The notes: generated by a model from the sequence alone, not told the origin. 64,000 nucleotides of DNA from Chlorokybus atmophyticus (GCA_009103225.1 RHPI01002048.1:633036-697035), one strand, 5' to 3'; positions 27,315-39,509 are shown, numbered from the stretch's first letter. Numbers and translations: made by a program.

Positions 27315-28064
27315 GCACACAAGGAGGAGGAGGAGGAGGAGGAGGCCATGACTGCTAGCAATACTGCTGCTGCTGAGCACTTTCAGGCTTGTTCTGTGAC
27401 TGTTGTCTCACAACTGGGCTGCAAGCTGAGGGGAGTGATCACTTACTTCAGCATGCACAACAATGAACTACAATGAACCTCAAGTGAAGGATGCTGATGA
27501 CATTTTAACATAAAACGGCCACAGCTTAGCAGAAGGCACACACTGCACACACTGCACACACTACAGCAACACACTGCACACACTACTTGCGCACACTGCT
27601 GCACGCAGGCACGGCAACATGCAGGCATCGCAACAACCAACCGCCCTCTCCGGGACCATTCCACGAGTTGTATTGCTTCAAGTACGAAAGGGGTACTTTT
27701 GCATTGCTTCATCCCACATCACACAAATCTAACACAAGCATGCTGTTGCCAACAACACCATCGAAGAAGCTTATCAGAGAAGCAACCATCTCGTGCAATG
27801 CTAGCTCCTAGATGCCTGCTACCCTACTGGCACAGCGACGCAACTGCATGCGCCTTGCATGGCGGTTAAAGTGATACTATCATGGCCGCTTCAGAGCAGT
27901 TGCGAAATTTCAGCCCAAGCGCTACAATCTTAGCAACAATCACAGTCATGACCAAAAAGGTGTCTGTTGCCGTTGGTACAAGGTATATTGCGCGATGCAG
28001 TACCATGGTGGTGATGTGAGTCATGTGACAGCCTCACGTGATGTCCTACTCTGCGGCCGTGCCC

Positions 28065-28195
28065 CATTATGGCTGTGGCACAATCTGTGCCGCACAAATG
28101 TGTGCGGCACAGATTGTGCCACAGCCATAATGCACAAATTGACATGCACAGCATGACAGCTTTAAAGCTGTCATGCTGTGCATGTCAATTTGTGC
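28065..28195. repeat. Two abutting perfect hairpins with 32-bp arms
   Basis: 28065-28132 (4-nt loop aatg) and 28132-28195 (zero-loop palindrome centred on ttt|aaa). Confidence 0.9.
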
Positions 28196-29012
28196 TACTT
28201 TTTGTATAAGCCTTCTTGTTGAATCAATGCAACCTGCAATGCACCATACACAAGTATAATACAATTGTGTTAGTAAAAATCTTTTGCGCCACCTGAAAGC
28301 TATCTTGGAGCTAGCTAACTTACATTGAATGGCACAGGCCGTTTGCAAGATGAAAACCTTGAGAACCACCTGACGGTGTGCATTATGAGGGTCACTCTTA
28401 TGTTGTCATGAAGAAGAGTGATGAATATAGGAATCCATAATAGCTTTCAATACTGTGGATGATTGATTGCAAAGTTTGCTCAAAGATCTGCAAGCAAGCC
28501 AGTTACTCTGCTGAGGTAATGCTACACTTCAATTTACAATTACATGAAATAAGAAGGTGTCATAGAGTGTGTATACAATTGGTGTATTACCAGTAGCAAT
28601 AATTAGGGTATAAAAATTATGTGAAATTATGCGAAAAGCTTGACACATGTTGGCCTGAGCGTGAAAATTTACTTGCTTGCTTACTACAAATATCGGTAAG
28701 GATATAGAGTGCTGGATAACCAATCTCGGCAGCTGTCTAACCCGCAGCGATAATGTCAAGTATTTACCGGCCCGGGGTTCCCTCCGCAACCCGGGATTCC
28801 CTCTGCCACCAAGCATGCATTCACTTTGTGGTTAACACTGATTCGTTCAATTATGCTTTTATATACATTTAAATATAATTACAATCATATGAGCATGCTG
28901 TACATAACAGCCTTATGTGTGCAATGCACATGTAGCCAACAATGATAGTCACTTGTGAACAGATAGCTGTCGTTATAAATGACTATCATATATTATACAT
29001 ATATAGGAAGAA

Positions 29013-29524
29013 TGTAACGGGAGCAATAATAATAGGGGTATTATGGCTACCTGAATAACACATTTTGTATGAATAAGTATTTAAATATGCTTATTTATAC
29101 CTCTTTTCTACGGTTCCTCGCTTATTAAAGGCTATGATGCTTTATCATAGCTTAAATAAGTCCCAATGGGTGTAGAACCGCTTATTCAAGCCTATTTAGT
29201 GTCACATTTGATATAATGTGATCACTATCTCGTTAGGTACCTTACGATAGGTATCTTTGGATAGGTACCTTATCTGAGCTGTGATTGGCTCACGCTAGAT
29301 TTCCTAACCTACCCTATCTGTAGGGTCGATGTCTAGTTGTGAGTTAATTATCGAGAGTTATATAGTTGATATACTCTTGATATAAAAGGTCACATCAATC
29401 TGATGTGGGGACTTTCAGTTCTCTGCTCAGTGGCGGCCACGCTGTCGAAAGGCTTGTCATAGGCGGTGTGGGTGTTGGGGTAGAGGATTGAAGGGGCATC
29501 ACCGGCGACGGTGGTGCTGTTACA
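29013..29524 (+). repeat. 5' LTR (512 bp)
   Basis: Starts TGTAAC, ends GTTACA; near-identical to 35467-35993. Confidence 0.96.
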
Positions 29525-29525
29525 T

Positions 29526-29539
29526 TGGTATCCAAGAGC
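29526..29539 (+). promoter_or_regulatory. Primer binding site, tRNA-iMet-like variant
   Basis: TGGTATCCAAGAGC, 1 nt after the 5' LTR; equals canonical TGGTATCAGAGC plus 2 nt. Confidence 0.75.
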
Positions 29540-30411
29540 TGGGGGGTGACGTGGGTACTTATAGGGGGCGGCGACCTGCTTTCGGCCAATCAGAAGCGTC
29601 GGCGGCGGCCTCCTATTCGTCCACGCAGCCCAAGCTTCAAGTTCGCTTCCCTGCGCTACCTCCACGTTGAAGTCACCTATTAAAGAGGCGGCCTCTCCAC
29701 GTGTGAGGTACCATCACACGTCGGTGACTTGCCTGCTTGCCTGCTTGTCAGCTGCTTGCCAGGTGCTTGCCAAGTGCACGTGTGTACTTTCATGCACGTC
29801 ACACAGTGGCTTGCCAGTGCACTATCATTGCTTGCAGTGATTGCCTGTCATTGCATGCGGTGATTGCGGCTTGCTAGTGTGTCATCACTGTTTGTCACAC
29901 TTAGTGCACTGTCATTGCTTGCAGTGATTGCCTGTCATTGCATGCGGTGATTGCTTGTCATTGTGCTTGCCTATGACGTACCTGTGACCTGCGACGTACC
30001 TGTGACCTGCCAGCGGCTTTGCCGGGTCGTTTCACCCGGAACCGTAAGTTCCAAACCAAACTGTTCCCAAACCCTCCCCCTCTGGCTTCGGCCTGGAGAT
30101 CGGGACTTGGTTAGGACAGTTGTGGGGAGGTTTTAGGACAATTTGTTCCTCAACCCTGTTAGTCTGAAACCCTCCCCCTCTGGCTTCGGCCTGGAGATTG
30201 GGACTTGGTTGAGGACAACACAGGGTTAGGACATTCTGGTCCCACTCAGACTTGTTCTGTTTGGTGACACTCCAGATCCAACCTTTCCTATTTTGGGACT
30301 GGTTTGGACTCTGTTTGGGACTTTTACAACTTGGGGTCATTTTGATCCTCTCGTTAAACCTGGTCCATTGGTGAGGTTCTCACCATCCCATTCTGCCTGT
30401 TTTGCAGGCAA

Positions 30412-31587
30412 ATGGAAGAAAACTCGGTGCCCACCTCAAAAGGGGAGAGCTCAGAAAAAGAGCAACTTTCCCGTGAGGAGGAATTTCCATCCATGGAAGA
30501 TATTCCGAATCCGGATGATGCACCTGATGAGTCTCAAGCTGCTAAAGCTGCGGAAGCTTCAGTGGATGATAGATCACCTTCTATATTCCCTGAGTTTTCT
30601 ATTCGCATGACACAGCAGGACTTGATGGAGCATTTCCTTAGCACCTATGATCAGGACCCTCGTGAGGCAATTGTCTCATTCGTGAACTTTCTCTTCCTAT
30701 TGGCAGAAAAAGTTTCAAAGCTCACCACCTTTATGGGGCGAGATTGGGAGGGGCAGATGGGTGAAGGCAAACGTGTTCTGAATATGATCGAGCGTCTGCA
30801 GCGTGCTGACGGTGGTCCACCTGTTCAAGCACTTGCTCGTCCTGCCGAGTTTGTTCCCAACAAGCAAGCGGCCATCTTCGACTGGCTTGTGAAGTTGCGA
30901 CACTATGTCAACTCCCTTCACATTTCTGAGGAGGGGAAATTGCGTGTAGCTGAGTTGCTGATCCCAAACGATGCTTTGGCAGAGTGGTACCGCCGTAAGC
31001 AACGGGATACCAACCTCGGGCGGGAAGTAAATCAGTTGTGCTTTTTCATGGAGCAGCGCTATGGTGGCGCAGATCCTGCCCAGGTTGCTCGCAACCAGCT
31101 GCACAACCTGCGTCAGAACGGGCGTCCGGTTCAGCAGTATATCCAGGATTTTCAGTCGTTTGTCAGCAAGATCAATGCTGGCAAACTACCTATCAGTGAT
31201 GCTGATCAGCTGGATATGTTCAGGCGTGGCTTGGACACAGATCTCGTGCAGCATGTGGCCGTCAACCCCGCGAGTTTGCAAGAGTGGGCCTCGACGGATT
31301 TACCAATGCTGATGCAGATGGTTGCTGCTGTGGACAGTGTAAAGCGCTCTCACGCCAACATGCAAACCACGGCAAAAGAGGCAGCCCCGGTTTCAGCTGC
31401 AAAGCGCCCGGCCACTGGCAACAAACCTTTTGTGAAAAAGGCGAAACCATCTCATCCTGCTGGCCCCTACAATGCGGCCAAATCCATCATCACTTGCAGT
31501 TTCTGCAAGAAGACAGGTCATGGGGAGGCTACGTGCTATGCAAAACAGAATGCACAGAAGGCCAAGCAGCAGAGAGAAAAGAAATAG
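30412..31587 (+). CDS. gag: Gag polyprotein (391 aa)
   Basis: Retrotransposon gag segment NQLHNLRQNGRPVQQYIQDF; zinc knuckle CSFCKKTGHGEATC; ends in TAG. Confidence 0.93.
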   Translation: MEENSVPTSKGESSEKEQLSREEEFPSMEDIPNPDDAPDESQAAKAAEASVDDRSPSIFPEFSIRMTQQDLMEHFLSTYDQDPREAIVSFVNFLFLLAEKVSKLTTFMGRDWEGQMGEGKRVLNMIERLQRADGGPPVQALARPAEFVPNKQAAIFDWLVKLRHYVNSLHISEEGKLRVAELLIPNDALAEWYRRKQRDTNLGREVNQLCFFMEQRYGGADPAQVARNQLHNLRQNGRPVQQYIQDFQSFVSKINAGKLPISDADQLDMFRRGLDTDLVQHVAVNPASLQEWASTDLPMLMQMVAAVDSVKRSHANMQTTAKEAAPVSAAKRPATGNKPFVKKAKPSHPAGPYNAAKSIITCSFCKKTGHGEATCYAKQNAQKAKQQREKK

Positions 31588-34500
31588 GAATTGTCCGTGG
31601 TTGGTAGCTTAGTCGAGCAGAACGACTTTAAAAACTCTGTACTTCTTGATAAAGTTTCCTCTCTTTGCGATGTATCAGATGTATGGACTGATATGAGCAC
31701 ACCACCTGTGTTGAGAAATGCAAACGGTTGTGTTTTAATCAATGTTCCATTCTCTGAATTAGTAACTGCTGTTAAGCACTTACACGAGTTGCAATTACAA
31801 CATGCTGTCACTGCATGTGTAGTTATCCCTCGATATCATGGCCCGTGGTCGCGATTGTTGAAAGGGGGAGAAGTAATCATGCAACTCTCACGCAAAGATA
31901 CAGGAGCTTCACCGTTGCAAGTGATCTTTATCAAGTCTGCTACCAATCACGGCACTCCGACATTAGCTACATTTGATGGTCACTCAGTGCCACTCAAATG
32001 GAGATTTGAGAGTCAACTTATGGGTACACCATGTACAGCATTGATTGATACTGGTGCAAACCATAACTTTGTTGAACATGCTTGGGTGAAACGTAATAAC
32101 ATTCCTTTCACACCAGTCACGTCATATGTACGTGCTGCTGGTTCCACTCTCAATGCAATGGGAGAGGTAAAAGGGCGTTTTGTTATTAATGGCCATATAA
32201 CCCGACCAGCCTTCATCGTGGTGGATATTGGTATCCCCGGGGTGGATGTTGTTTTAGGGGAACAATGGCACACTGAAGCAGGTTTACAATTAGACTCTCG
32301 AGCCAATACGTGCACCCTTCGTAAAGGGAAACGTAGGATGACTTTAACAGCATCTGTACTCGCACGTATACCACGCGATAATGTTCCGCTCCTCTCTGCT
32401 ATGCAATTGAAACGTTGCATGCGTAAACGTGAGGAAGTATACTTACTGCACTTACGACAGGTGGAAACACCTGCTGAACAGGCTATCAGTGACCCTGTGG
32501 TGCAGTCACTTACGGAACAATACGCAGATGTATTTCAGGATGAACTCCCAGAGTTGCCTCCCGATCGAAACATACATCATACCATTCCGTTAGAGGAGGG
32601 GGCAAAGCCACCTTGGCGGCCTATATACAGGCTAAGTCCCTTAGAACACGCGGAGATGGAAAAACAGCTCAAAGAGTTATTGGACAAAGGTTTAATAACA
32701 AAGAGCATATCTCCTTTTGGTGCACCAATTTTGTTTGTGCCCAAAAAGAATGGCAAGCTACGCATGTGTATTGATTACCGTGCGTTGAACAAGGTCACTG
32801 TGAAAAACAGATACCCTTTGCCTCGGATTGATGATTTGTTTGATAAGCTGTCAGGTGCAACAGTGTTCAGCACGCTGGATTTGACCAGTGGTTATCATCA
32901 AATCAAAATCCACCCGTCGGATATACAAAAAACTGCATTTCGCACCCCACTAGGACACTTTGAGTATAAAGTGTTACCATTTGGGTTAACAAATGCACCG
33001 GCTACATTTCAGACAGCAATGAACGCGGTATTTGCTGATGAATTGTACAAGTTTGTACTGGTATATCTAGACGACATTATTGTGTTCAGCAAAACCCGGG
33101 AGGACCACCACAGGCATGTGGAATTGGTTCTAGCTAAGTTACGCGAACACAAATTCTATGCCAACCTGTCCAAATGCAACTTTGCAAAGGATGAACTACC
33201 CTTTTTAGGGCATGTGATTGGCAAAGAAGGATTGAAACCAGATCCTCAAAAGGTGTGTGCGGTAAAGGATTGGCCACCACCCAAGGATGTACATCAGTTA
33301 CGTGCTTTCTTGGGGCTAGCCAATTATTTCCGCAAGTTCATGCGAGCATATTCTGGCATGGCAAACCCTTTAACATCTTTACTAAGAAAAGATGTTAAAT
33401 TTGTGTGGACGGAGGCACACGAGGTTGCTTTTACACGCATTAAAGATGCATTAACACAAGCCCCTGTGTTAGCCTTCCCCGACCACACCAAGCCTTTTGT
33501 GGTGATCAGTGATGCTTCCACCATTGGGTGTGGGGCAGTCCTTCTACAAGATGACAGACCATGTGCATATGAAAGCAGAAAGTTCATTCCTGCTGAACGT
33601 AATTACACAACCACTGAGCAGGAATTGCTCGGGGTGGTGCACGCGCTGCGCACATGGCGTTGCTACTTGGAAGGGGTGGAGTTTTCAGTGATTACTGATC
33701 ACAACCCGCTCACATTCTTTCATACGCAACAAAATCTGTCGAGGCGGCAAGCTAGGTGGAATGAATTCATTTCTCGTTTCACTTTCACTTGGCAATACCG
33801 TCCGGGTCGCACCAATGTGGCGGATCCACTAAGTCGCAGCCCTGCTCTTTTGGCACTTACGCGCTCTCGAAGTACGCGTAATGTGCAACAGCCTGAAGAT
33901 CCTTTCCTAAAGGAAGTGTCCACAGGTTATAACTCAGATGATTGGTTTAGCAGTCAAACCAACTTGCAACAGCTTACTGCTGTTAGCAATCTGTGGTATA
34001 AAGGGGAGCAGTTGGCAATTCCCAACTCGGGCGACTTACGTAAGCAATGCTTACATTCAGTGCATGACCCGCCGTATGCTGGGCATTTGGGGAAACACAA
34101 AACACTCAAATCTGCGCAACAGTTATACTGGTGGCCGTCAATGTCAGCTGACGTGGATCAATATGTTCGCACATGTGACGTGTGTCAACGTAATAAGCCA
34201 CTACGACAAAAACAAGCGGGATTGCTTAAACCATTGGCAATTCCAGAACAAAAGTGGGATAGTGTCAGTATGGATTTGATTACTGACCTACCTGAAACAG
34301 CAGCTAAATACACTGCTATTGTGGTTTTTGTCGACCGTTTGACTAAAATGGTGCATTTTGCCCCGTGTTGCACAACTGTAAGTGCACGGGACTTGGCACA
34401 CTTATTTGTGTCCACGGTCTTTCGCGTTCACGGTATACCGCGTGAACTTGTCACAGATCGTGATCCTCGTTTTGTCTCCAAGTTTTGGCGAGAAGTCTGT

Positions 34501-35319
34501 GAATTGTTGGGGGTAAAACAAAGCATATCGACTGCTTTCCACCCGCAAACGGACGGTCAAAATGAGCGAGCAAATCAAATACTGGAAGAGATGCTTCGCC
34601 ACTATGTGGCTTCTAATCATGCTGATTGGGACAGGTACTTGCCAATGGCAGAGTTCGCTGTGAACAACGCGTGGCAAGAAAGTGTAAAGGAAACCCCATT
34701 TTTCTTGAATTATGGGATTCGCCCGAACACACCAGCGTCATTGCGTGTACCTCGCAATGCCCTGACTGTACCAGCGGCAAAGGAATTTGCCACTAATATG
34801 CAAGAAAATTTGGCTCGAGCCAAGCTGTGTCTGTCAGAAGCACAGGACAGGCAAAAAGCTTATGCTGATACACATCGAAAAATGGCCACTTTCGATGTCG
34901 GCGATAAAGTTTTGCTGAATGCAAAAAACATAACCATCAAAGGTACGGGTGCTCGCAAGTTGCTGCCCCGATGGTTAGGTCCTTTCTCTATCACTGATAG
35001 AGTTGGTACGCACGCTTATCGACTGCAATTGCCCCCAAGTGTGCGTATACACAACGTGTTTCATGTAAACTTGTTGAAACCTTACCGCTCAGACGGTAGA
35101 ACACAGCCTCCACCACCGCCAGTTGAGGTGGACAGCGAGCTCGAATACGAGGTGGAAGCTATATTGCACCATAAGCTAAATGGTCGAGGACGCGCAACTC
35201 GCTATTTGGTGAAATGGAAAGGGTATGGCCCGGAACATAACAGTTGGGAGCCCGACAGGCATCTTACGCACTGCCGCGAGTTGCTTCGAGCTTATTGGGA
35301 TTCATGTCCTGTCCCATAA
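31588..35319 (+). CDS. pol: Pol polyprotein (extra N-terminal domain, protease, RT, RNase H, integrase, chromodomain), same frame as gag
   Basis: ALIDTGANHNF; RMCIDYRALN, PFGLTNAPATF, YLDDII; SDAS...EQELL..V, TDH; HDPPYAGH...CDVC, SMDLIT, TDRD, E, WLGPF; EYEVEAILHH...YLVKWKGYGPEHNSWEP. Uninterrupted frame. Confidence 0.96.
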   Translation, partial: ELSVVGSLVEQNDFKNSVLLDKVSSLCDVSDVWTDMSTPPVLRNANGCVLINVPFSELVTAVKHLHELQLQHAVTACVVIPRYHGPWSRLLKGGEVIMQLSRKDTGASPLQVIFIKSATNHGTPTLATFDGHSVPLKWRFESQLMGTPCTALIDTGANHNFVEHAWVKRNNIPFTPVTSYVRAAGSTLNAMGEVKGRFVINGHITRPAFIVVDIGIPGVDVVLGEQWHTEAGLQLDSRANTCTLRKGKRRMTLTASVLARIPRDNVPLLSAMQLKRCMRKREEVYLLHLRQVETPAEQAISDPVVQSLTEQYADVFQDELPELPPDRNIHHTIPLEEGAKPPWRPIYRLSPLEHAEMEKQLKELLDKGLITKSISPFGAPILFVPKKNGKLRMCIDYRALNKVTVKNRYPLPRIDDLFDKLSGATVFSTLDLTSGYHQIKIHPSDIQKTAFRTPLGHFEYKVLPFGLTNAPATFQTAMNAVFADELYKFVLVYLDDIIVFSKTREDHHRHVELVLAKLREHKFYANLSKCNFAKDELPFLGHVIGKEGLKPDPQKVCAVKDWPPPKDVHQLRAFLGLANYFRKFMRAYSGMANPLTSLLRKDVKFVWTEAHEVAFTRIKDALTQAPVLAFPDHTKPFVVISDASTIGCGAVLLQDDRPCAYESRKFIPAERNYTTTEQELLGVVHALRTWRCYLEGVEFSVITDHNPLTFFHTQQNLSRRQARWNEFISRFTFTWQYRPGRTNVADPLSRSPALLALTRSRSTRNVQQPEDPFLKEVSTGYNSDDWFSSQTNLQQLTAVSNLWYKGEQLAIPNSGDLRKQCLHSVHDPPYAGHLGKHKTLKSAQQLYWWPSMSADVDQYVRTCDVCQRNKPLRQKQAGLLKPLAIPEQKWDSVSMDLITDLPETAAKYTAIVVFVDRLTKMVHFAPCCTTVSARDLAHLFVSTVFRVHGIPRELVTDRDPRFVSKFWREVCELLGVKQSISTAFHPQTDGQNERANQILEEMLRHYVASNHADWDRYLPMAEFAVNNAWQESVKETPFFLNYGIRPNTPASLRVPRNALTVPAAKEFATNMQENLARAKLCLSEAQDRQKAYADTHRKMATFDVGDKVLLNAKNITIKGTGARKLLPRWLGPFSITDRVGTHAYRLQLPPSVRIHNVFHVNLLKPYRSDGRTQPPPPPVEVDSELEYEVEAILHHKLNGRGRATRYLVKWKGYGPEHNSWEPDRHLTHCRELLRAYWDSCPVP

Positions 35320-35453
35320 ACTGTGGGCTTGGTTTTATGACAGACTGGCAGTGCAGTTTCATTACCACCCTGTCATTTCCCGCTATCTCACTGGTTACAA
35401 TTACTCAAAATCAAGCCTGATCAACTTGAGTTCAACGAGGACGTTGAAAACCT

Positions 35454-35466
35454 AAGTGGGGGGGAA
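35454..35466 (+). promoter_or_regulatory. Polypurine tract
   Basis: AAGTGGGGGGGAA directly before the 3' LTR. Confidence 0.85.
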
Positions 35467-35993
35467 TGTAACGGGAGCAATAATAATAGGGGTATTATTG
35501 CTACCTGAATAACACATTTTGTATGAATAAGTATTTAAATATGCTTATTTATACCTCTTTTCTACGGTTCCTCGCTTATTAAAGGCTATGATGCTTTATC
35601 ATAGCTTAAATAAGTCCCAATGGGTGTAGAACCGCTTATTCAAGCCTATTTAGTGTCACATTTGATATAATGTGATCACTATCTCGTTAGGTACCTTACG
35701 ATAGGTATCTTTGGATAGGTACCTTATCGATAGGTACCTTATTTGAGCTGTGATTGGCTCACGCTAGATTTCCTAACCTACCCTATCTGTAGGGTCGATG
35801 TCTAGTTGTGAGTTAATTATCGAGAGTTATATAGTTGATATACTCTTGATATAAAAGGTCACATCAATCTGATGTGGGGACTTTCAGTTCTCTGCTCAGT
35901 GGCGGCCACGCCGTCGAAAGGCTTGTCATAGGCGGTGTGGGTGTTGGGGTAGAGGATTGAAGGGGCATCACCGGCGACGGTGGTGCTGTTACA
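35467..35993 (+). repeat. 3' LTR (527 bp)
   Basis: By-eye alignment with the 5' LTR shows 2 substitutions and a 15-bp extra copy of the gataggtaccttat unit. Confidence 0.96.
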
Positions 35994-36173
35994 AGAAACC
36001 GTCAACGCAAGGTTCACAAATAACCGAGTGATGAATAACATCGTCGCTGCTGAAGCTCGACATGCGCATCAACGACGTTAAGTTGATGGTAAGTAACGGC
36101 TTCCAACATGCAAGCTGTCAGTTGACGCTTATTTGTTCACTTGCATGTTGGAGGAGAGGTCGTTGCCCGCGTC

Positions 36174-36290
36174 CCCCCCCTCCCCCCCCNNNNNNNNNNN
36201 NNNNNNNNNNNNNNNNNNNNNNNNNNNNNNNNNNNNNNNNNNNNNNNNNNNNNNNNNNNNNNNNNNNNNNNNNNNNNCCCCCCCCCCCCC
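36174..36290. repeat. Poly-C-flanked N gap
   Basis: C runs flanking Ns. Confidence 0.9.
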
Positions 36291-36616
36291 TTTTCTCATG
36301 GTAAGGCTTATGCATATGTCGATATTGTTAATAAAGGCTTTTTTGTAACCAGGTTACATTCACATATTACATACTGATACATAAAAATTTTATAATTATA
36401 TTATATAGGCTAAGCGCTGACAGCTTTCTCTTTTTACTTTATCGCACACATTTGATGCGCACGACGAGGCGTTTTTACGATATTCACAACAAAACGACAG
36501 CAACGGTGACACGTTGCTATTGCAATGTCAATTATAAGAAGGGTTTATCGTTTTTGTGACCGATACCAAGCACAAGTTGTGCCCGAATAGCGAGTTTTAT
36601 AATGACATGTTGCAGC

Positions 36617-37326
36617 ATTTGTTGATTCCTCGCTGCTGCCTGTACAGTTCGTCGCTGCTTGTCCGGATGTACAAGTTCTGTAGCATGTATTGCAGCATGT
36701 CACTGAGCGACTGCGCTGTGAATGTGCGCCAGCTGCTGTCATCGTCTGTGCGGTAATGCGCGCTAGCAGTCCATTCATGTTTCACTGAACCATCCAATTG
36801 GACACTGAGGTGCAAGTGGGTTGCACGTCGCCGCTTCCACTGCATGTCAAACGTGGCATCCAGCAAACGCCTCATGCGGTGCAGCAAATCTTCGTGCTGT
36901 ATCTGCGTGTACAGCGTAGTGAAGTCAAGAGTCTGGAGCTGAAGGTGCTGGCGCTTGTCTCTGGCTGTACGAGTGGTGTTGAATACCGATTGCAGGCTAC
37001 CGAATGCCAGCTGGTCAGTGACAATCCAACTGTAATGCACATCGGGCAGACCGACTGTCTCCGCCCACAAGTCATGCCAGATGGGGACCATGCTCTGGTA
37101 AGCTCTTGTCAGCCATCGGCTGGCATCTGTCAAGGAGGTCTCTGAAGCTGCCGCTATGAAGCGGGGTTGTGGCGGGTCCTTGTGCAGTTTAAACAACATG
37201 TACAAATGTGGCAGCTTCAAGGTTTGCTGTGGCTTGGAGGTACGGAAATCATGGGTGCTGTTCCAGTCAGCGTGCTGCTCCAACTGTGTGTCTTGGGTGT
37301 TAAAGAACACCCAAGACACACAGTTG
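36617..37326 (-). mobile_element. Truncated Penelope-like element RT fragment (possibly Naiad/Chlamys type)
   Basis: LPHLYMLFKLHKDPPQPRFIAAASETSLT, SWIV, LQTLDFTTLYTQIQHEDL, LYRQQRGI; truncated just before the expected PMG motif. A 21-bp inverted repeat marks the other junction. Confidence 0.8.
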
Positions 37327-38179
37327 ATGAGCAGCTAGTATCCAACAGCAACAACAGCAGCAGCAGGCAACAGCAGCCGGCATAGCATAGCATATAATAA
37401 CTTTGCCATACTTCTGATAATCAAGAGCAATACAGCAGACTACTGTCAATATTGACAGCAGCGTTCTGGCTTATCGCAACAAGGAAAACACTACCAGCGC
37501 ACAAGCAGTTGCAACATGAAGTTACAACAGGCAGCGCGGAGGATGCAAGAAGTGAGGAGAAGTACAGGCGATGCGGGTTGGAGCCCTTTGCAGATGGGTG
37601 CGAGAGCCTCCAAGGCTGACATTGCCATGGCGGGTGCTTCGAGCAATAGGCGAGTGTACAAAAGATTATATGCTGGCTTGTGGATTTAGTGCCATGCACA
37701 TGGCCAATAATCGGCGCGGTGTGAGCTGTGTGGTAGGCATGGTCGCTCAGTATGTAGCCTGACTTCTGCGTGCTGTGTTTCATGGTATATGTATAATACA
37801 GGAGTATCCCATCATGGCTGCCTAGGCTCGAGTACCTCACCTTCCTGTAAGAGATGTGCACTTCTGCCAAGCATGCGCAAATGGCAATGCACAAAACCGC
37901 ATGAAGGCCTCTTCAATCGACGGCACCAAACATGATGGTGGCAACATACCGCATTTTGGAATCAACCTGCGTATCCCGCAACAATCAACCTGCATCTACC
38001 TGCCAAGGCAACCACAAGCACATGGCAGGCCATGCTACATGATGCTACTGATATAAGTGCAGCATAATCAAGTGCTGCACTTGTTTCAGAGCTCTGACCT
38101 GCATGCATAACCCAAGCCACACTTCATGCAAGCAGATTCTTAGCAGCGAGCAGTCTGACAGCGAATAACTGTTGCATAA

Positions 38180-39509
<1,330 letters not shown>

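Larger units (their letters stand above)
29013..35993 (+). mobile_element. Full-length Ty3/gypsy LTR retrotransposon (chromovirus)
   Basis: TG...CA LTRs, PBS, gag with CCHC knuckle, pol order PR-RT-RH-IN-chromodomain, PPT, 4-bp TSD AGAA (29009-29012 and 35994-35997). Confidence 0.97.

Noticed and set aside
29740-30210. Direct repeats in the LTR leader as a possible CRISPR-like array
   Set aside because: Only two copies of each unit, no regular spacers, eukaryotic retrotransposon UTR.
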